Source: Diplonema japonicum
Lineage: Eukaryota > Protista > Euglenozoa: Diplonemea
Assembly (NCBI GenBank): GCA_964019335.1
Contig: OZ025743.1
Span: 310,001-374,000, forward strand
Length of the DNA: 64,000 nt
Reading direction: 5' to 3'
The position numbers were made by a program, and so were the translations under genes. This document shows, piece by piece, positions 10,501-21,651 of this stretch (positions are counted from its first letter, which is position 1; every line of letters starts with the position of its first letter). The notes beneath the pieces were generated by a model that ran no database searches, had not been told where the DNA came from, and saw only the letters and a list, made by a program, of their open reading frames with translations.

Positions 10501-12033
10501 AGCGTACCCATGCGAGGAGTTCTTCGGCTGCAGAAACTTCTCCGTAATGCTTATAACCCAGCGCAACACCTGCTCATCGTCGTAAGAAAGAAGCCTGAAC
10601 ACGAACTCGGCGCCCTCCTTGCAGCCAAACACAACGCCAAGCAATCGAATAGTCTCGTGTGTGCACGGGTGCGTGTCGTTCAACCTCACACACGACATCA
10701 CCGTTTTCACGATGATATGCTTGCAGCTCTCCACAGCATTGGGGATTATCAGCGAGACCTTTCCTTTAAAGGGAATGAGGTAATCAGACAAAAGCCGCAG
10801 GTACTTGTTCAGAATGGAATGGTACGTCAGCTGGTTCGGCTGGGCTTTGGACACTGCGATGAGCTGTGGCCACCGTGTCAAGAAGGCGTTCGAGGACAAC
10901 GGGTGGTGATGGTAGTACGTCGCACTCTCAAGGATGATCCTGTTGAAGATCCCGTGAAGCTGCATGTCTGCAGCAAGAGCGAGAGACTCCTCAGAGAACA
11001 AGGTGTCGATTTCGATTAACGCGAGGTCCAAACATGAGGTGCTGTGAAGTGTTTCAAGTAGAAATGCAACCAGTGTCCGCAAACCAGCCGTTTTGACCTG
11101 AGTCTCGGTTCCTTCGGCGGATGTGGATTGTTGCTGGCCTTGCCGCAGGTTTTTCGACTCCGCACCCACACCCGCGTCACGTTTGCATCGCAGCAACCTG
11201 CGAAGGTCCTTCAGAACATAGCCCTGGCCTATGGTGTGCGCTAGCTTCATGACGGAGTCCTGATAACCCGATCTGGCGTTTTGGGTCCCGACTTCCTTGA
11301 AGATGAGAGACATGTCATTGGTGGATATCTGCCAATTGCTTAACATTGGCCGTTGGTTTTTGCCCTTCACAAGCCGCATCACGCGTGTAGGGGATTGGTG
11401 GTTGTCCTGTGTCACCTCGGGCGATATTGCCAGGGTGGGGATTTTCAACACCTTTCCGTTCGCACCTGCAACACACACACTGCTGTTTGGTGATGCCTGT
11501 GCTTGCGGTGACGACAGTCTAGGCGGCGGCCTGACTGGGATAGTAGGGGAGATCGAGGAGCTAGGCGGCTCGCATGGTTCTGTTTTAGGGAGCATTAAGA
11601 ATCTTTTGTAAAATTGCGAGAGTACAGAGGCCGCTTCGCAAGCCTTCAGCACCTTGACGGCCTTGGGGTTGCTCGATACGATACACGCGATAAGCCGCAC
11701 TACGGTGATGTTTTCATCTGCAGTCCGCGCCTGTCGGATGATCCCCAGAAGTAGTTTGAATAAACCTGCCAACACCTTCTCCTGGCCCCCCACCACCTTT
11801 AGAGATACCTTCGCCACAATTTCCACGCAAACATCTTGCTGCACCTTGCATAGTACTTCGAACAACCCTTCGCGCACCCAGCACTCTCCTGGTACCACGT
11901 CGCACTCCTTGGATATTTGTTCTATCACATCACGCACTGCCCCCTCGTCCGGACTCCCTTTCAGTTTGTTGATCAGATTCCGTACCTTCAACTGCTCAGG
12001 GATATCCATTTTTACATTGCCATACAGAGCCAT
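7507..12033 (-). CDS. Large Ser/Thr protein kinase with helical (ARM-like) N-terminus and C-terminal DSP-like pseudophosphatase / Cys-rich tail
   Basis: 1508 aa. GCGGFGSV, VAVK, HFDIKCGN, DFG, GTECIRPPE, DVWGLG. Downstream PLEVAPNLYV...KVLII..GDR...IAVLYL resembles a dual-specificity phosphatase fold without the catalytic Cys. Confidence 0.8.
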   Translation of the reverse strand: MALYGNVKMDIPEQLKVRNLINKLKGSPDEGAVRDVIEQISKECDVVPGECWVREGLFEVLCKVQQDVCVEIVAKVSLKVVGGQEKVLAGLFKLLLGIIRQARTADENITVVRLIACIVSSNPKAVKVLKACEAASVLSQFYKRFLMLPKTEPCEPPSSSISPTIPVRPPPRLSSPQAQASPNSSVCVAGANGKVLKIPTLAISPEVTQDNHQSPTRVMRLVKGKNQRPMLSNWQISTNDMSLIFKEVGTQNARSGYQDSVMKLAHTIGQGYVLKDLRRLLRCKRDAGVGAESKNLRQGQQQSTSAEGTETQVKTAGLRTLVAFLLETLHSTSCLDLALIEIDTLFSEESLALAADMQLHGIFNRIILESATYYHHHPLSSNAFLTRWPQLIAVSKAQPNQLTYHSILNKYLRLLSDYLIPFKGKVSLIIPNAVESCKHIIVKTVMSCVRLNDTHPCTHETIRLLGVVFGCKEGAEFVFRLLSYDDEQVLRWVISITEKFLQPKNSSHGYAEVLCEFWLAYVKSADQSSRPNLKSLDFLVSPYVGLVPLWLVHSDLFSFTRVKITLLKLVLALLASKSPTPLCDKSATASYARLHFVASLQMYHNSYLGGGDAVYSNEKLCRMHLKCLAVMLCRGGYVKTKVGQLGLLGILLEEVCLESTSEDRRTCLVEEEAEEPDVNVATPSSTTLPPLPLPLPLSVGKNKPLIPVLQLRNAAASSWGVTPPMMMSALSAPSSVRKAAVPAAAAAMKKQKNRDAALSQEVLSDPDAYRDYEKSLRPLYTHTKVHKWVVLTILVIVVDPDPKGAVDSRYGRETFGVLAEHLNHPENDRVVCMVLKALKKLGNRVRDRAEILLKALYNGAGNGRWFKTRGKAGCGGFGSVAMCEAVGSKGATIVAVKQIPTGGDNVPDLVSEVAIMTDLKDSGGLVLELLDFGLDETYSFTIVTPLWPISLKAYRATHGVPKNLREMYLQALDAVEYIHKKSVIHFDIKCGNILLSSEVSICLADFGEALYTTEGERFRKRARGTECIRPPEVVRTYHKDYDRRRLNDAFPSEKIDVWGLGCMLYEVVSGKYLFDPENFGEFFSLLTDPGTSILTAEAEECLERAGKAFPKYLKMHLVRDPCSRPTVSDIKRMEFPSSCSVVASGNVLHGAAAAAAAPRERDKITRIRSSSVTLSDLRWLAPRSGTGVHSTDPATDETTTVNPLEVAPNLYVTNVSPGSKQAAIPDIKFTYHVSLLKGSLPGVEPEAVDYLGSALASSITPTGSLPVVRCSVPKPSTPTCKPVREALVNTLQTIRKKCLRQGSKVLIIGQGDRPLCIAVLYLVVVYGMEGLRASLYFWRFPELVPLMRQYDSRPHFLTLLYFLDFLGSGSGGCAVSKQALPRPHRHTPSWCCCPCGAVSIPRQSKTPCPMMVEPPSVWLPHLAQVASFYAFSEPWSLAVTTTPLSPQLLTSLKEHGGVFLCDVCAYPMCSKDSVGGCIVNTTLRNHKEVQDMRPQALQRFREGVKGHG

Positions 12034-12313
12034 ATATTAGGGGGGGGGGGGGGGGGGGGGGATGGGATTTGGCTAGACCCAGAGCCCTGCTTTGTTGAGT
12101 TCCCGATTGAAATTGAGGAAAAAAGAGTGGGAAGGGGGGGGAAGAAACCCCCTGGGCCAGTTATTTTTTTTTCTTCTTTTTCTTTTTTTTTTTTTTTTTT
12201 AATTACATCATGTAACATGTAACGAAAACCAAAAGAAGAAGAAGAAAAAAAAAAAAAAGCCAAGCTTTTGCACTGGGGGGAAGGGGGAGAACGGGAAAAA
12301 AAAAGAGGAAAAA

Positions 12314-12418
12314 ACTCGGTCTTTTTAACATCAAGGTGACAGAAGCCAAACGGCTTTCCCTCGCGGTTGGGTGGGGGGGCATCTTTGAGATAGACCCGGT
12401 CAAGGTCTTGCTGCTCCA
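12314..12418. repeat. Bipartite dispersed element, copy 1 (motif A + motif B)
   Basis: TCTTTTTAACATCAAGGTGACA (12320-12341) and TAGACCCGGTCAAGGTCTTGCTGC (12391-12414), both shared with 23591-23880. Confidence 0.6.
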
Positions 12419-12859
12419 TTCCATCCGAGAAAAAAAAGAAAATGTAGTATTTAAGTTCTCCAGTACACCTACGCCCAAGACCTTTCGTGACACGTGGGAA
12501 AGTAGGAACTCAAAAAACAAAGGGGCGGGGGCGGGGATGTAATAAAACGACTCTCGTTTACCCCCCCCCAAAAAAAACAACATGAGTCATTTTCTAATAA
12601 TAATACCATTTTTTTTTTTCTTCCTCAGTCAAAGCATAAGGGTTAGTTGGTGTGCATAATCGTAAACCGGGAAGATATGTTTTTTTTTTTTTTTCTTTTT
12701 TTTTCTTGAAGCAGTATGTGCCTGACGACAATCAACGCATCTTGTGTCCGATCCTATCTGTCGTGGTGGCCTTCGGGGTCGCGAAGACTGGAGTAACTAG
12801 TGATGGAGTGGTGTGGGTTCCAAGTCTGCTAATTCCCTGTACCTAAAGAAAAGAGGAGA

Positions 12860-14929
12860 CTAAAACGCGTGCTGCGCCGTTGTCAAGTGGCATCTCTTCC
12901 TGAGTAAGGCTGCTCGGTCAAAGCCTCGACCCGATTCAGGGGGCAGCCTCCTCAGCTTGTACAGCGTGGCGTACGCCTCGTGGATGTACTCTTGCTGCGG
13001 GTGTGCTAGCAGTGCGGTGATGGCAAGCCCCATGGAATATCTCAAACCCTGGTCTGCGCCCGGATGCCCACCTGCCCCTGGACGGCGTGGAAAGTTCTTG
13101 GAAGGGTCCTGCGAGGCCACCTTGCCCACAAACTGTGAAAGCAGCGCGAGAACCTCGCTCTGTTGCGAGCCGATCGGGTGTGCGTTTAACAAGCGAGCAG
13201 CACCTACGGTAGCTTCCATGAGGATCTCCCCTTGCTGCGTGCGTTTCATGTCGCCGTTGATATTTGGAACATCGTGCACACCACGCTGCAAGGTGTTGCT
13301 CAGAACCCCAAACACACTCTTAACCACAACATCGACTGTTGTGCTGCTGCCGATCACGCACAAGGCAGCGAGACACCCTGCCTTCACATTGCAGCAACCC
13401 GTCCTCACTGCCGAGTTCATGTTGACCACACCAGCAACATGGTACCCAATACTCTTCCCACCGACGGTCCGGGTTTGATACTTCAACGAAGTCCCCTTCG
13501 GTGCCAGCAGCGACTGGAGGACAACACCATTCGTTGTTACCGTTCTACTCCCCTTAGAGGTCTCGACTATGCCTGTTTCTACTTTCGCATCGGACGGGAA
13601 TATTTCCGGGAGTGTAACTAAATTCGGCGTGAAGATGTCCTCATTGCGAACGAACACGGATGTAAGGGCGTCTGTCACCTGAACGAGGAGCTTCTCATCT
13701 GTAAGTGCGGACCAATCACCGACGTCTGCAAAGGCAATTGCGACGGCGGAGGCAATTTGCGGTATTTTTTCAGACGCGCGGAGCGTTTTGACAAGCTCCT
13801 CGATCACATTGCCGACGTCGTAACCCCTCTTCATCCCTGTGTACAGCAAAGCGGCAAAACCATGGCGGGCTGTACGGACCAGCTCAGGAACGCCGGACGC
13901 CAACATCCCCGACAGGAACTGCCTCCCAACATGATCAGCTGACGAACTACCCTTCGACAACGCGATCTCATAGACAAGCGAAACACGTGTGTGTTCTGAC
14001 AGAACACATTTCTGCATTTCCGATTTGGCAGTGGTGAACTCTCTGGCGGTGCTTGGTGCCGCACCGTTTAACCACGAAACAATATATTCACAAATAACGG
14101 ATTTGTGCGCGTCCTTCGTATAAGAAGGGTTCCAAGAGAGTGTGGTGTATGGCGATGCAATCTCTACCCTGAGAAACTCGTACTTAAACATCCATCTGCG
14201 CGTGCTGCTTGTGTTGTTCATCCCACGATGGAAGAGGTCGTAATGCACAATGAGTAGGGTACCAGCCTTACACGTCATTTGTGTTTCGGCAGTGGACCAA
14301 TCTTGTTGCGCTCTGGTCAGGTCGGATCCTTCTAAATGCCGTGAATCAAATCCACCTTCTGAAGCATAGTACTGCGATCCAGGGATTATTGAAGTTGCTG
14401 CCATTTCAATAGGTGTATCTTGAGGGTAGTACATTGCCATGACCCACCATGGGGTGTGGTGGCGGTGTCCTTCAAATCCAAAGAAACTATCTTTATGTAC
14501 TGTTTGGCATTTGCTGCCGGGGTCGTTGTTCATTCCAATGACGTGGGGGTGGAGGATGTACTTGTCGCCGAGGATGGACCGCAGGGCAGTTTTTACCTTT
14601 TTTGTCTCGATTACAGCACGGAGTTCGGGTGCCTCAGCGATGCAGTTGTTCCCGATGGGTGTGTGATTACGCACGCCCTCGCCGACCCCTTCACGCAGCA
14701 TGGCCGCATTGTTGAGCTCTATTATATTTTTATTCGTTTCATCATTGCCTACATTCTCCAGCAGGACGTACCCGTTGGCCAGAAACCCCAGTATGTCGTT
14801 TTCGGGGAGCTTTTCTGCTGGATCGACAGATGTTGGTGGTGGTGGTGGTGGGACCACAGCCGGTTGTTTTGCAGCCTCTGCTGTTTTCCTTTTGCCTTTC
14901 AGTTTTTTTTTGCACGGGGTAATTTGCAT
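12860..14929 (-). CDS. Phytanoyl-CoA dioxygenase (PhyH)-family Fe(II)/2OG oxygenase with C-terminal helical (HEAT-like) region
   Basis: 689 aa. FLANGYVLL, HKD (HxD), MYYPQDTPIEM..TSIIPGSQY, AGT.LIVHYDLFHRG..N.S...RWMFK. Confidence 0.8.
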   Translation of the reverse strand: MQITPCKKKLKGKRKTAEAAKQPAVVPPPPPPTSVDPAEKLPENDILGFLANGYVLLENVGNDETNKNIIELNNAAMLREGVGEGVRNHTPIGNNCIAEAPELRAVIETKKVKTALRSILGDKYILHPHVIGMNNDPGSKCQTVHKDSFFGFEGHRHHTPWWVMAMYYPQDTPIEMAATSIIPGSQYYASEGGFDSRHLEGSDLTRAQQDWSTAETQMTCKAGTLLIVHYDLFHRGMNNTSSTRRWMFKYEFLRVEIASPYTTLSWNPSYTKDAHKSVICEYIVSWLNGAAPSTAREFTTAKSEMQKCVLSEHTRVSLVYEIALSKGSSSADHVGRQFLSGMLASGVPELVRTARHGFAALLYTGMKRGYDVGNVIEELVKTLRASEKIPQIASAVAIAFADVGDWSALTDEKLLVQVTDALTSVFVRNEDIFTPNLVTLPEIFPSDAKVETGIVETSKGSRTVTTNGVVLQSLLAPKGTSLKYQTRTVGGKSIGYHVAGVVNMNSAVRTGCCNVKAGCLAALCVIGSSTTVDVVVKSVFGVLSNTLQRGVHDVPNINGDMKRTQQGEILMEATVGAARLLNAHPIGSQQSEVLALLSQFVGKVASQDPSKNFPRRPGAGGHPGADQGLRYSMGLAITALLAHPQQEYIHEAYATLYKLRRLPPESGRGFDRAALLRKRCHLTTAQHAF

Positions 14930-15690
14930 TTTTTTTCTTTTTTTTTTTTCGTGTCTTGGGAAAATATAAGCATGGTTGGAAAAAAAAAGGGGGGGGTTGT
15001 TATATATTTAGGTTAAAAAAAGGGGGTAATGCAATATGGGAGGTATTAAAAAAAAAGAAAATATTATAGAAAAAAAAACTGGGTAATATTAGAGGGGGGG
15101 GGGGGGTGATTTTTTTTTAAAAGAAAAATATTGTTAGCACTCTTTAAATGAAAGATGGGAAGATGGGGGATGGGTGGGGGGGTGGTTAAAAAAAGAAAAA
15201 CTGTTAAAACCGGCGTGTAAAAAAAAGGGGGGGAATAAGTTTTGTATTAAAAAGAAAAGCGAGCACCGGTCTTTTTTTTTTCTTTTTGGATTTTGCTCTC
15301 GAAAATCACATAAAAAAATAGATTTTTTATAGAAGGGAGGGGGGGGGGGGGAGAAGAAAAGTGAAAGAGAACCTCCACCTCTCCGAGAATAGCAAACAAT
15401 ATATGGAAAAATGGAAAATATGAAGAAAAGAAAAGAAAAAAAAAAGAAAAAAAAAACAATAAATATAAGAGATAAAAAAGGCCGGTGTTAGTGGCGCTCC
15501 GAGAAGAAAAAAAAAGAAAAAGAAAAAAGGGCAGAAAGTAAACCTTTTTTTTTTTTTTTTTTTTTTAAAAAAATGTATCCAACTCAATCGCATTTCATTC
15601 CCTTGTGCGATAAAAAAAGAAAAAAAAAAAAAAAAAAAAAAAAGTGTGTGCACCGCGATGAGGCGTTAAAAAGGGACAGATTAAAAAACC

Positions 15691-16953
15691 CTACACCGCT
15701 CCACAAACAGCAGCGACCTTCCCCACAATGCGAGCGGCATCATTGCCAGTATACCCACACAAATCCGCCCCGATTCTCGAATATTTCAAAGAATAGTCGG
15801 TGTAGCCTCCACAATGCACCACCACCGCAGTGTGAAATTCCTTCAAACATAAAAGAGTGGGTTTGTCGAGCGTGTAACGAACCGCATGCGGAGGGAAAGA
15901 TTCTAAAATAGAAGCGAAGAGGGTGTCCGCCTTCCGCCTTTTATCAACTTCCCCCAGCAAACCTGCAAGAGTTCCCTCAGAAGGGTACCGAAGGTAATTG
16001 TAATACTTCAAGTGTAGCATAACGTCGCGTGAAGAAACAGACGACAGTTCAACATCAGCTACAGAGGTTACATTTTGCGTGTCGCCGTGCCCTTCAAAGA
16101 CAGCAGCGGGTTTGGTAGAGATGGCGACCTCCCCGTATTGCATAACATGCGACTTCGCTGTTAAGTTTCTGACGATTAGGTACTGCTTCTCAAGGGTCTC
16201 TTTGAACAGATCAGTAGTATCCGCGTTCTGCATCCAGTTCACGCTGTAAAGGTCGCCGAGGCAGGTTCCCAGAGCAACACCATTGATCTCATCGTTTGGA
16301 GGGCAGTACGTTCCCCAAGAAGATTCCTGTGCGTCAGCAGCAGTGGTGACATAAATAGACAGGTTCGAGGGAAGGTTTTGAAACATAGATCCTGCTTCGC
16401 AAGCTTCCATGTAAAACGCAAGATTTTTGTATTTTCTCCTTTCATGCATGTATTCCAATGTGTTTTGAAGTTGTGTAGCGTGGAGCAGCTCGCCTGACGG
16501 AAATGCCACGATACCCACACCACCGTGGTCTACAAAATTAACGAAAACAGTGTCATCTTTCGTGGTGTTTAAAACCCTACCAGAAGCGGTCTTATGGTCG
16601 CCTCGTAAAACAGCCAGGAAGTTGGTTACTGTAACGTTGGTTCCCTTGTAGTCCGGGTCGCAGTTTTTTCTTACGTTTTTACCGGGGTTGCCGTTTGCCG
16701 TTGGTTGGTTGAAGAGGGTTCCCACAAAGGGGTTGGAACCTGAGTCCCAAGCCACGTCGTCGAAGGACATGAGGATGATGTTCTCTCTCCTGTAGCCGCC
16801 CTTCACAAGGATCTGGAAGGCGTGACAGATGTCTGCCTGGTGTCGGTAGTTCTCGTACCCGTTGGACCCTGCAACTAGAACAGCGTAGTTGCCACCGTGA
16901 GCCAGTGTTGCTAGGCTGAGCAGGGCCGCTGACATGAGCGGGAGGGATTTCAT
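15691..16953 (-). CDS. LGMN: Legumain / asparaginyl endopeptidase (peptidase C13)
   Basis: Signal peptide; AVLVAGSNGYENYRHQAD, catalytic DHG and EACEAGSMF, ESSWGTYC, TCLGDLYSVNW. Confidence 0.95.
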   Translation of the reverse strand: MKSLPLMSAALLSLATLAHGGNYAVLVAGSNGYENYRHQADICHAFQILVKGGYRRENIILMSFDDVAWDSGSNPFVGTLFNQPTANGNPGKNVRKNCDPDYKGTNVTVTNFLAVLRGDHKTASGRVLNTTKDDTVFVNFVDHGGVGIVAFPSGELLHATQLQNTLEYMHERRKYKNLAFYMEACEAGSMFQNLPSNLSIYVTTAADAQESSWGTYCPPNDEINGVALGTCLGDLYSVNWMQNADTTDLFKETLEKQYLIVRNLTAKSHVMQYGEVAISTKPAAVFEGHGDTQNVTSVADVELSSVSSRDVMLHLKYYNYLRYPSEGTLAGLLGEVDKRRKADTLFASILESFPPHAVRYTLDKPTLLCLKEFHTAVVVHCGGYTDYSLKYSRIGADLCGYTGNDAARIVGKVAAVCGAV

Positions 16954-18018
16954 TTTTTTTTTTTTTTTTTTGAGAAAAAAACTTTTTTTTTCCCCCCTAG
17001 ACAGACAAGGAAGGAAAAAAAAAAAAAAAAAAAAAAAAAAGAAGAATTATTAAAAAATGCACTAGTGCTGTACAGGGGAGCGCACCTCGGACGAGATGTA
17101 GCTTCTGCATTTCCGTGTGTGTTCTTAAAGCGTGCGATGTGCAGCTTTACCCCCAGCCGGGGCACCCTGGGTAACTAAGATTCTGAGCTCGTGAAGTTTG
17201 CTGCCTGTTCGTCACCCTGAGGATCTGTAATAAGTGCTTCCTAGGGTGATACTGGTGATGACCGACGAGGAGGTCAACATCGAACAGCACATCTGATGTA
17301 CTTCTTTATATCACCATGGTCTCTCCCACTACCAAAAAAAAAAAGAAAAAAGAAAAAAAGAAAAAAGAAAAAAGAGAGAGAAAAATAAAGAAAACTTTTA
17401 TTTGTTTTTTTTTTTTCCCAATCCATAGACGGAGAGAGAGAAACCAGGGGGGGGGGGGGGGGGGGGACGGGGACAGGATATTGAGAGATTTTTTTTTTTT
17501 TGCTACTGCTATGCGCGATCTCTTCGTCCTTTTTTTTTCTGTAAAAAAAAAAAAAAAAGCACAAGCTATCATCACTTTTTTTTTCTTGTCATGATTTTTT
17601 TTTTCTTCTTCGTTCTCTGTCAAACACACGAAGATGCCCCCTCCGATTATTTTATTTTTCATCCAATTTATTTTTTTCTCTTCTTCTCTCGCTCCAACGA
17701 GGATAGGGAAGGCTGGGGGGAGGGTGGGGCAAAAAAAAAAAGAGAGAAAAATAAAATACATTGAATTCTGACAACGGGAAAAAAATAAACCTCCTCACCG
17801 TCACCACATCTATTACCAAGAAACAAGGGGGAGGTGCTTTTTTTTTTTTTTTTTTTTTTTTTGCATTTTTTTGGGAGAGTGGGGGAAAAGGGCGCAAGGT
17901 CTTATGACCCTAATAAAGCAAAAAAAAAAAAAAAAAACTTTTTTTGATGCGAAAATATGGGGGCGAGGGGAGGAAGTTTTTTTTTTAGCTACGGAACATC
18001 AGTTTTTTTTTTTCCTGC

Positions 18019-18088
18019 CTTCTTCTTCTTCTTCTTCTTCTTCTTCTTCTTCTTCTTCTTCTTCTTCTTCTTCTTCTTCTTCTTCTTC
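18019..18088. repeat. (TTC)n microsatellite
   Basis: About 23 perfect CTT/TTC units downstream of the 18163-19299 gene. Confidence 0.95.
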
Positions 18089-18162
18089 CTGCGTTACCAA
18101 ATCAGGCCATGAGTCATGGGCGAATACATCAACAACAACACAAAAAACTACCCAACATTCCT

Positions 18163-19299
18163 TTATATAAGCAAGGAGTTGTAAGATTTATCCCTTGTGT
18201 TTCCTTCCACAGGATCGAAAGGCCCACCGGATTTTCGGTGAGACGGGGACCCGAGGCTTTTAAGCATTTCGGCGTTGAGGTTAATCTTGGGCGATGACAA
18301 ATTGTTGAACGACGTGTTCCCCTGTTTGTACAATCCATCGGGAGCTGAGGCCCGTCTCGCATTTTGCCGGTTCCGGGATGTGCTCCACTCATCTTCCAAT
18401 GCTTCAAAATCTCGTACAAATTCTTTCCAGAAATTGTCTTTTTTATGCTGTCGATGCCGGTGTTGATGTTGGTGGCGGGTCTGGTAAGGGTACTCACTGT
18501 TGTGCCTCCTCAACCCTGCCTTCCCTTCATTATTGTGGGTAGTTACAACTTTTCTTTGAACCGGAGGTGAGGCATGGCGAATGGTTTGAACCGGCATGGT
18601 CGCCCTGACCTCCTCTTCTTTTTTCACAAAATTTCTCTGTTCTTCTGTTGGTTCCGGCCGTTTGTTCTCCACCACCGGTTGCTGCTTCTCAATTAAAGGG
18701 GGCTGAGGAAGATCCATCGGTAAAGGTGCTGGAACAATAGCTTCTTGAGGAGCACCTAATTTTGCCGGGGGTTGTTGGTGATCAAGTTGTCTAGGTGCTG
18801 TGGGTACAGACGGTCTGTGCAGACCCATTCTTTTAACCTTTGCAAGTTTTTCCTGCGGGCTTTCGTAGCTCATTCCTTTTGTGAATCTCGTCTTGGCACG
18901 AAGGTTGGTGCCTGCTTCTGCAGTTTCAATTGGAATTTTCTCGCCGTTTGTGTTTGCGCTATGGCACCGTGCTATCACCTCCGCAATGCCTTTTACTGAT
19001 GATGGGTCGTTCGATGAGGTTCGGTTCAGTTCTACCAAAAGACCGGGTTCGCCGCAAGATGACTTTGGGACCAACAGAAGCTGGTTGGATCGTGATTCTA
19101 TGATTTTCTCGATCTCTCTGATCCAAAAGGCGCGGCACAGCCGTTTGCCGTCGACAATGAGCACGAAGTCCTTCGTGACCACCAGGTGCCGACGCTCGAA
19201 CTTCTGCTTGCTGTTCATCTTGTCCACCGTGCAGAACGCGTAACACGTTGCGTCAGTCCCGCTCATTGGCGGGGTGCGCACCGTTGGAGGGTAACTCAT
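18163..19299 (-). CDS. Hypothetical protein, N-terminal PH-like (myosin TH1-like) domain and disordered tail
   Basis: 378-aa ORF with an A-tract directly before the ATG. VDKMNSKQKFERRHLVVTKDFVLIV resembles the first strands of PH/TH1 folds. Confidence 0.65.
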   Translation of the reverse strand: MSYPPTVRTPPMSGTDATCYAFCTVDKMNSKQKFERRHLVVTKDFVLIVDGKRLCRAFWIREIEKIIESRSNQLLLVPKSSCGEPGLLVELNRTSSNDPSSVKGIAEVIARCHSANTNGEKIPIETAEAGTNLRAKTRFTKGMSYESPQEKLAKVKRMGLHRPSVPTAPRQLDHQQPPAKLGAPQEAIVPAPLPMDLPQPPLIEKQQPVVENKRPEPTEEQRNFVKKEEEVRATMPVQTIRHASPPVQRKVVTTHNNEGKAGLRRHNSEYPYQTRHQHQHRHRQHKKDNFWKEFVRDFEALEDEWSTSRNRQNARRASAPDGLYKQGNTSFNNLSSPKINLNAEMLKSLGSPSHRKSGGPFDPVEGNTRDKSYNSLLI

Positions 19300-20452
19300 T
19301 TTTTTTTTTTAAATATAAATTTCCTAGCGGAATAAAAAGAGTTTCTTTTTGAGGCCGCAAAAAAAAAAAAAAAAAAAAAAAAGTAACGGGAAAATGGGAC
19401 TAATGGAAAGAGGGGGCGGGGAAGAGTTTGAGGGGTGGGAAGAATGAATGGGGGGGGGGGGGGGGTGAGATAAGCTGTTTTTTTTTTTTGGCGTGGAATT
19501 CAGGGTAGGGAGAAATAAAAAAGGGGACAGTTGGAGGGGGGGGTAGGGAGGAAAAAAAAAGAATTGGCGAACCAGAAGGGGGGTGGGGGGGAGTAGGTGG
19601 AATAATTTATTTTCTTCTTCTCTTGATGCTCACAAGCTTCTCTCTCTCTCTCTCTTTTCTTTTTCCTTTCTTTTTTTTTTTCCACTGGCCACAGTAAAAA
19701 TTTTTTTTATATATCTTGCTGTTCATTAACCATAGTTAAAACACAAAGCACCGGAAGGGGGGTAGGGGGGGGGGGGTGAAATCACATTACTAACATCTCA
19801 CTTCTTCTTCTTATTTTTTTTTTTTTCCCCTCGCCGATTATACCCGCCCAATCTACAGGCAAGGAGGGGGAGACAAGGAGTAAAAGCATCAATTCTGTCC
19901 CCACCCCCCCCTCCACTTTTTTTTTTTCTTTTTTTCCCCCCAGTTGCTCTCTACAAATTGCGAAACTTCTCTTCGTCACAAAAAAAGGGAAAGTCATGTG
20001 GCTAGAATTCGGTGCTTTTTTTTTTTTTTTCTCTTCCTTGAGGGACGGGGAGAAAGAAAGTTGTTCTTAAAAAAAATAAAAATAAAAATGGAAAGACAAA
20101 GAAGAAGAAAAAAACAATGAAGGGGAGGAGAGGGGAAAAAAAAAAAAAAAGAAAAGAAAAGAAAAAAAAAAACAGATAACCCAACACACACCATATCTCA
20201 AAAAAAAAGAGAAAAAAAAAAGGAGAAAAAAAGAATTAAACCCAACGGTCCTGTCCTGTGTCTATCATATCGAAATGGTGGGGGGTTTCCGTGGGCCAGC
20301 AATGCCGCCCACCTCGGCCCACAAAAATAGAGAAATGTTGCCTAGTCACCTGGCGGGGGGGGGGTCTTAGAGATATGGTGAGTGGAAAGAAAGGAAAAAA
20401 AAAATCTTTGATTTCTTTTATTTCATCAAACCCCTATTTTTTTTTTTGGTTT

Positions 20453-20487
<35 letters not shown>

Positions 20488-21651
20488 CCCTTCTGTCCTC
20501 CCCCTGTCTTCTCTGAAACTAAGGGCATGCCACAGTGGAATCTCCTCAGGACTGCACTCCAAACCCAAGATGAAGAAGAGCCACCGTTTCTTCCATCCGG
20601 CACCAGTTGACTCCTGGGGGGGAAAGGGGGGAGGTCGAAGAGAGAAAAGCAAGGGGGTGAATTGACGGGGTAAAAAAAGAGAAGAAAAAAAAAAGAAGAA
20701 AAGCACCAATCGTAGTGAAATTTATAAGCTTTTTTTTTCCCCCTTTCCCATATTTAAAAAGAAAAAAAAAAGCAACGAAAGAACCCAAGTTACAATTCAC
20801 CTTTCAGTTTTTTTTTTTTTTTTTTTTTTTTTTCCTTTTTTTTTTCTTCTTTCTTCACACTAAATCTGCAGGGCAGTGTGGGGGGGGGGGGGGGGGGTCA
20901 ATAACCCGGAGAAGCTTCACATTTCTGATTTGCTAAATTTGACCCCCTCCCGGGAGGAGGTACTGGAACGAAATGTTTTTTTTTCTTTTCTTTTCTTTTT
21001 TTTTTCCCCCGCACATTTTCGCATTTTTCAGAGCTGATCCAAAACTTTTTTTTTTCGCAAAAACACGATTCGTATTTTTTTTTTTTTTTTTTTTTTTCGC
21101 ACATTTTTCGCATTGCGAAAAAAAGAAAAAAGAAAAAAAAAAAAAAAAAAAATGCGGGAAAAAAATAGCCACTTTTTTTTTTTAATGGCAGAAAACTGCC
21201 AATTTCTATTTTTGCACTTGGATTTTTTTTTTTTTTTTTTTTTTTTTTTGTTGCAACATTTTCCTAAGACCGTAAGCGAAAATATGCGAAAATTTTGATC
21301 CGAAAAAACGAATTCGTTTTGCGAAGGGCAAGGGTAAAGGGGGCTGGCCCACTCCACCATTTTTTTTTTTCTTCTTCTTCTTCTTCTTGCTACCTCCTTT
21401 CTCTTTCTTCCTTTCCTATTTCTTTTTTTTTTCTCTTTTTCCTTCCTCTCCCCATCCGAACCTTTAAACGGGAATTCTTTTTTTTTTTCTCTTTTTTTTT
21501 TTTTTTATGCAACCTTTGCGTTTGAAGAACAAACAAAAAAAAAAAGACTCACAACATAAATAAAAAGGGGGGGGGGGGAGCGAGATAACACAAAGAAAAA
21601 AAAAAATTGAGCTAAACATTTTTTTTTTTTTTCCACCCTCCTTTCCCCCGC

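Noticed and set aside
12314-12418. TPP riboswitch, SECIS or Helitron identity for the bipartite element
   Set aside because: It lacks the CUGAGA/P5 elements, the SECIS AUGA-AA-GA spacing and a terminal CTRR.
17256-17296. C/D box snoRNA (TGATGA...CTGA)
   Set aside because: Only ~40 nt, antisense to the cluster, with no terminal stem or identifiable guide.
15247-21525. Poly-Phe/poly-Lys ORFs in intergenic DNA
   Set aside because: Translations of homopolymer tracts.
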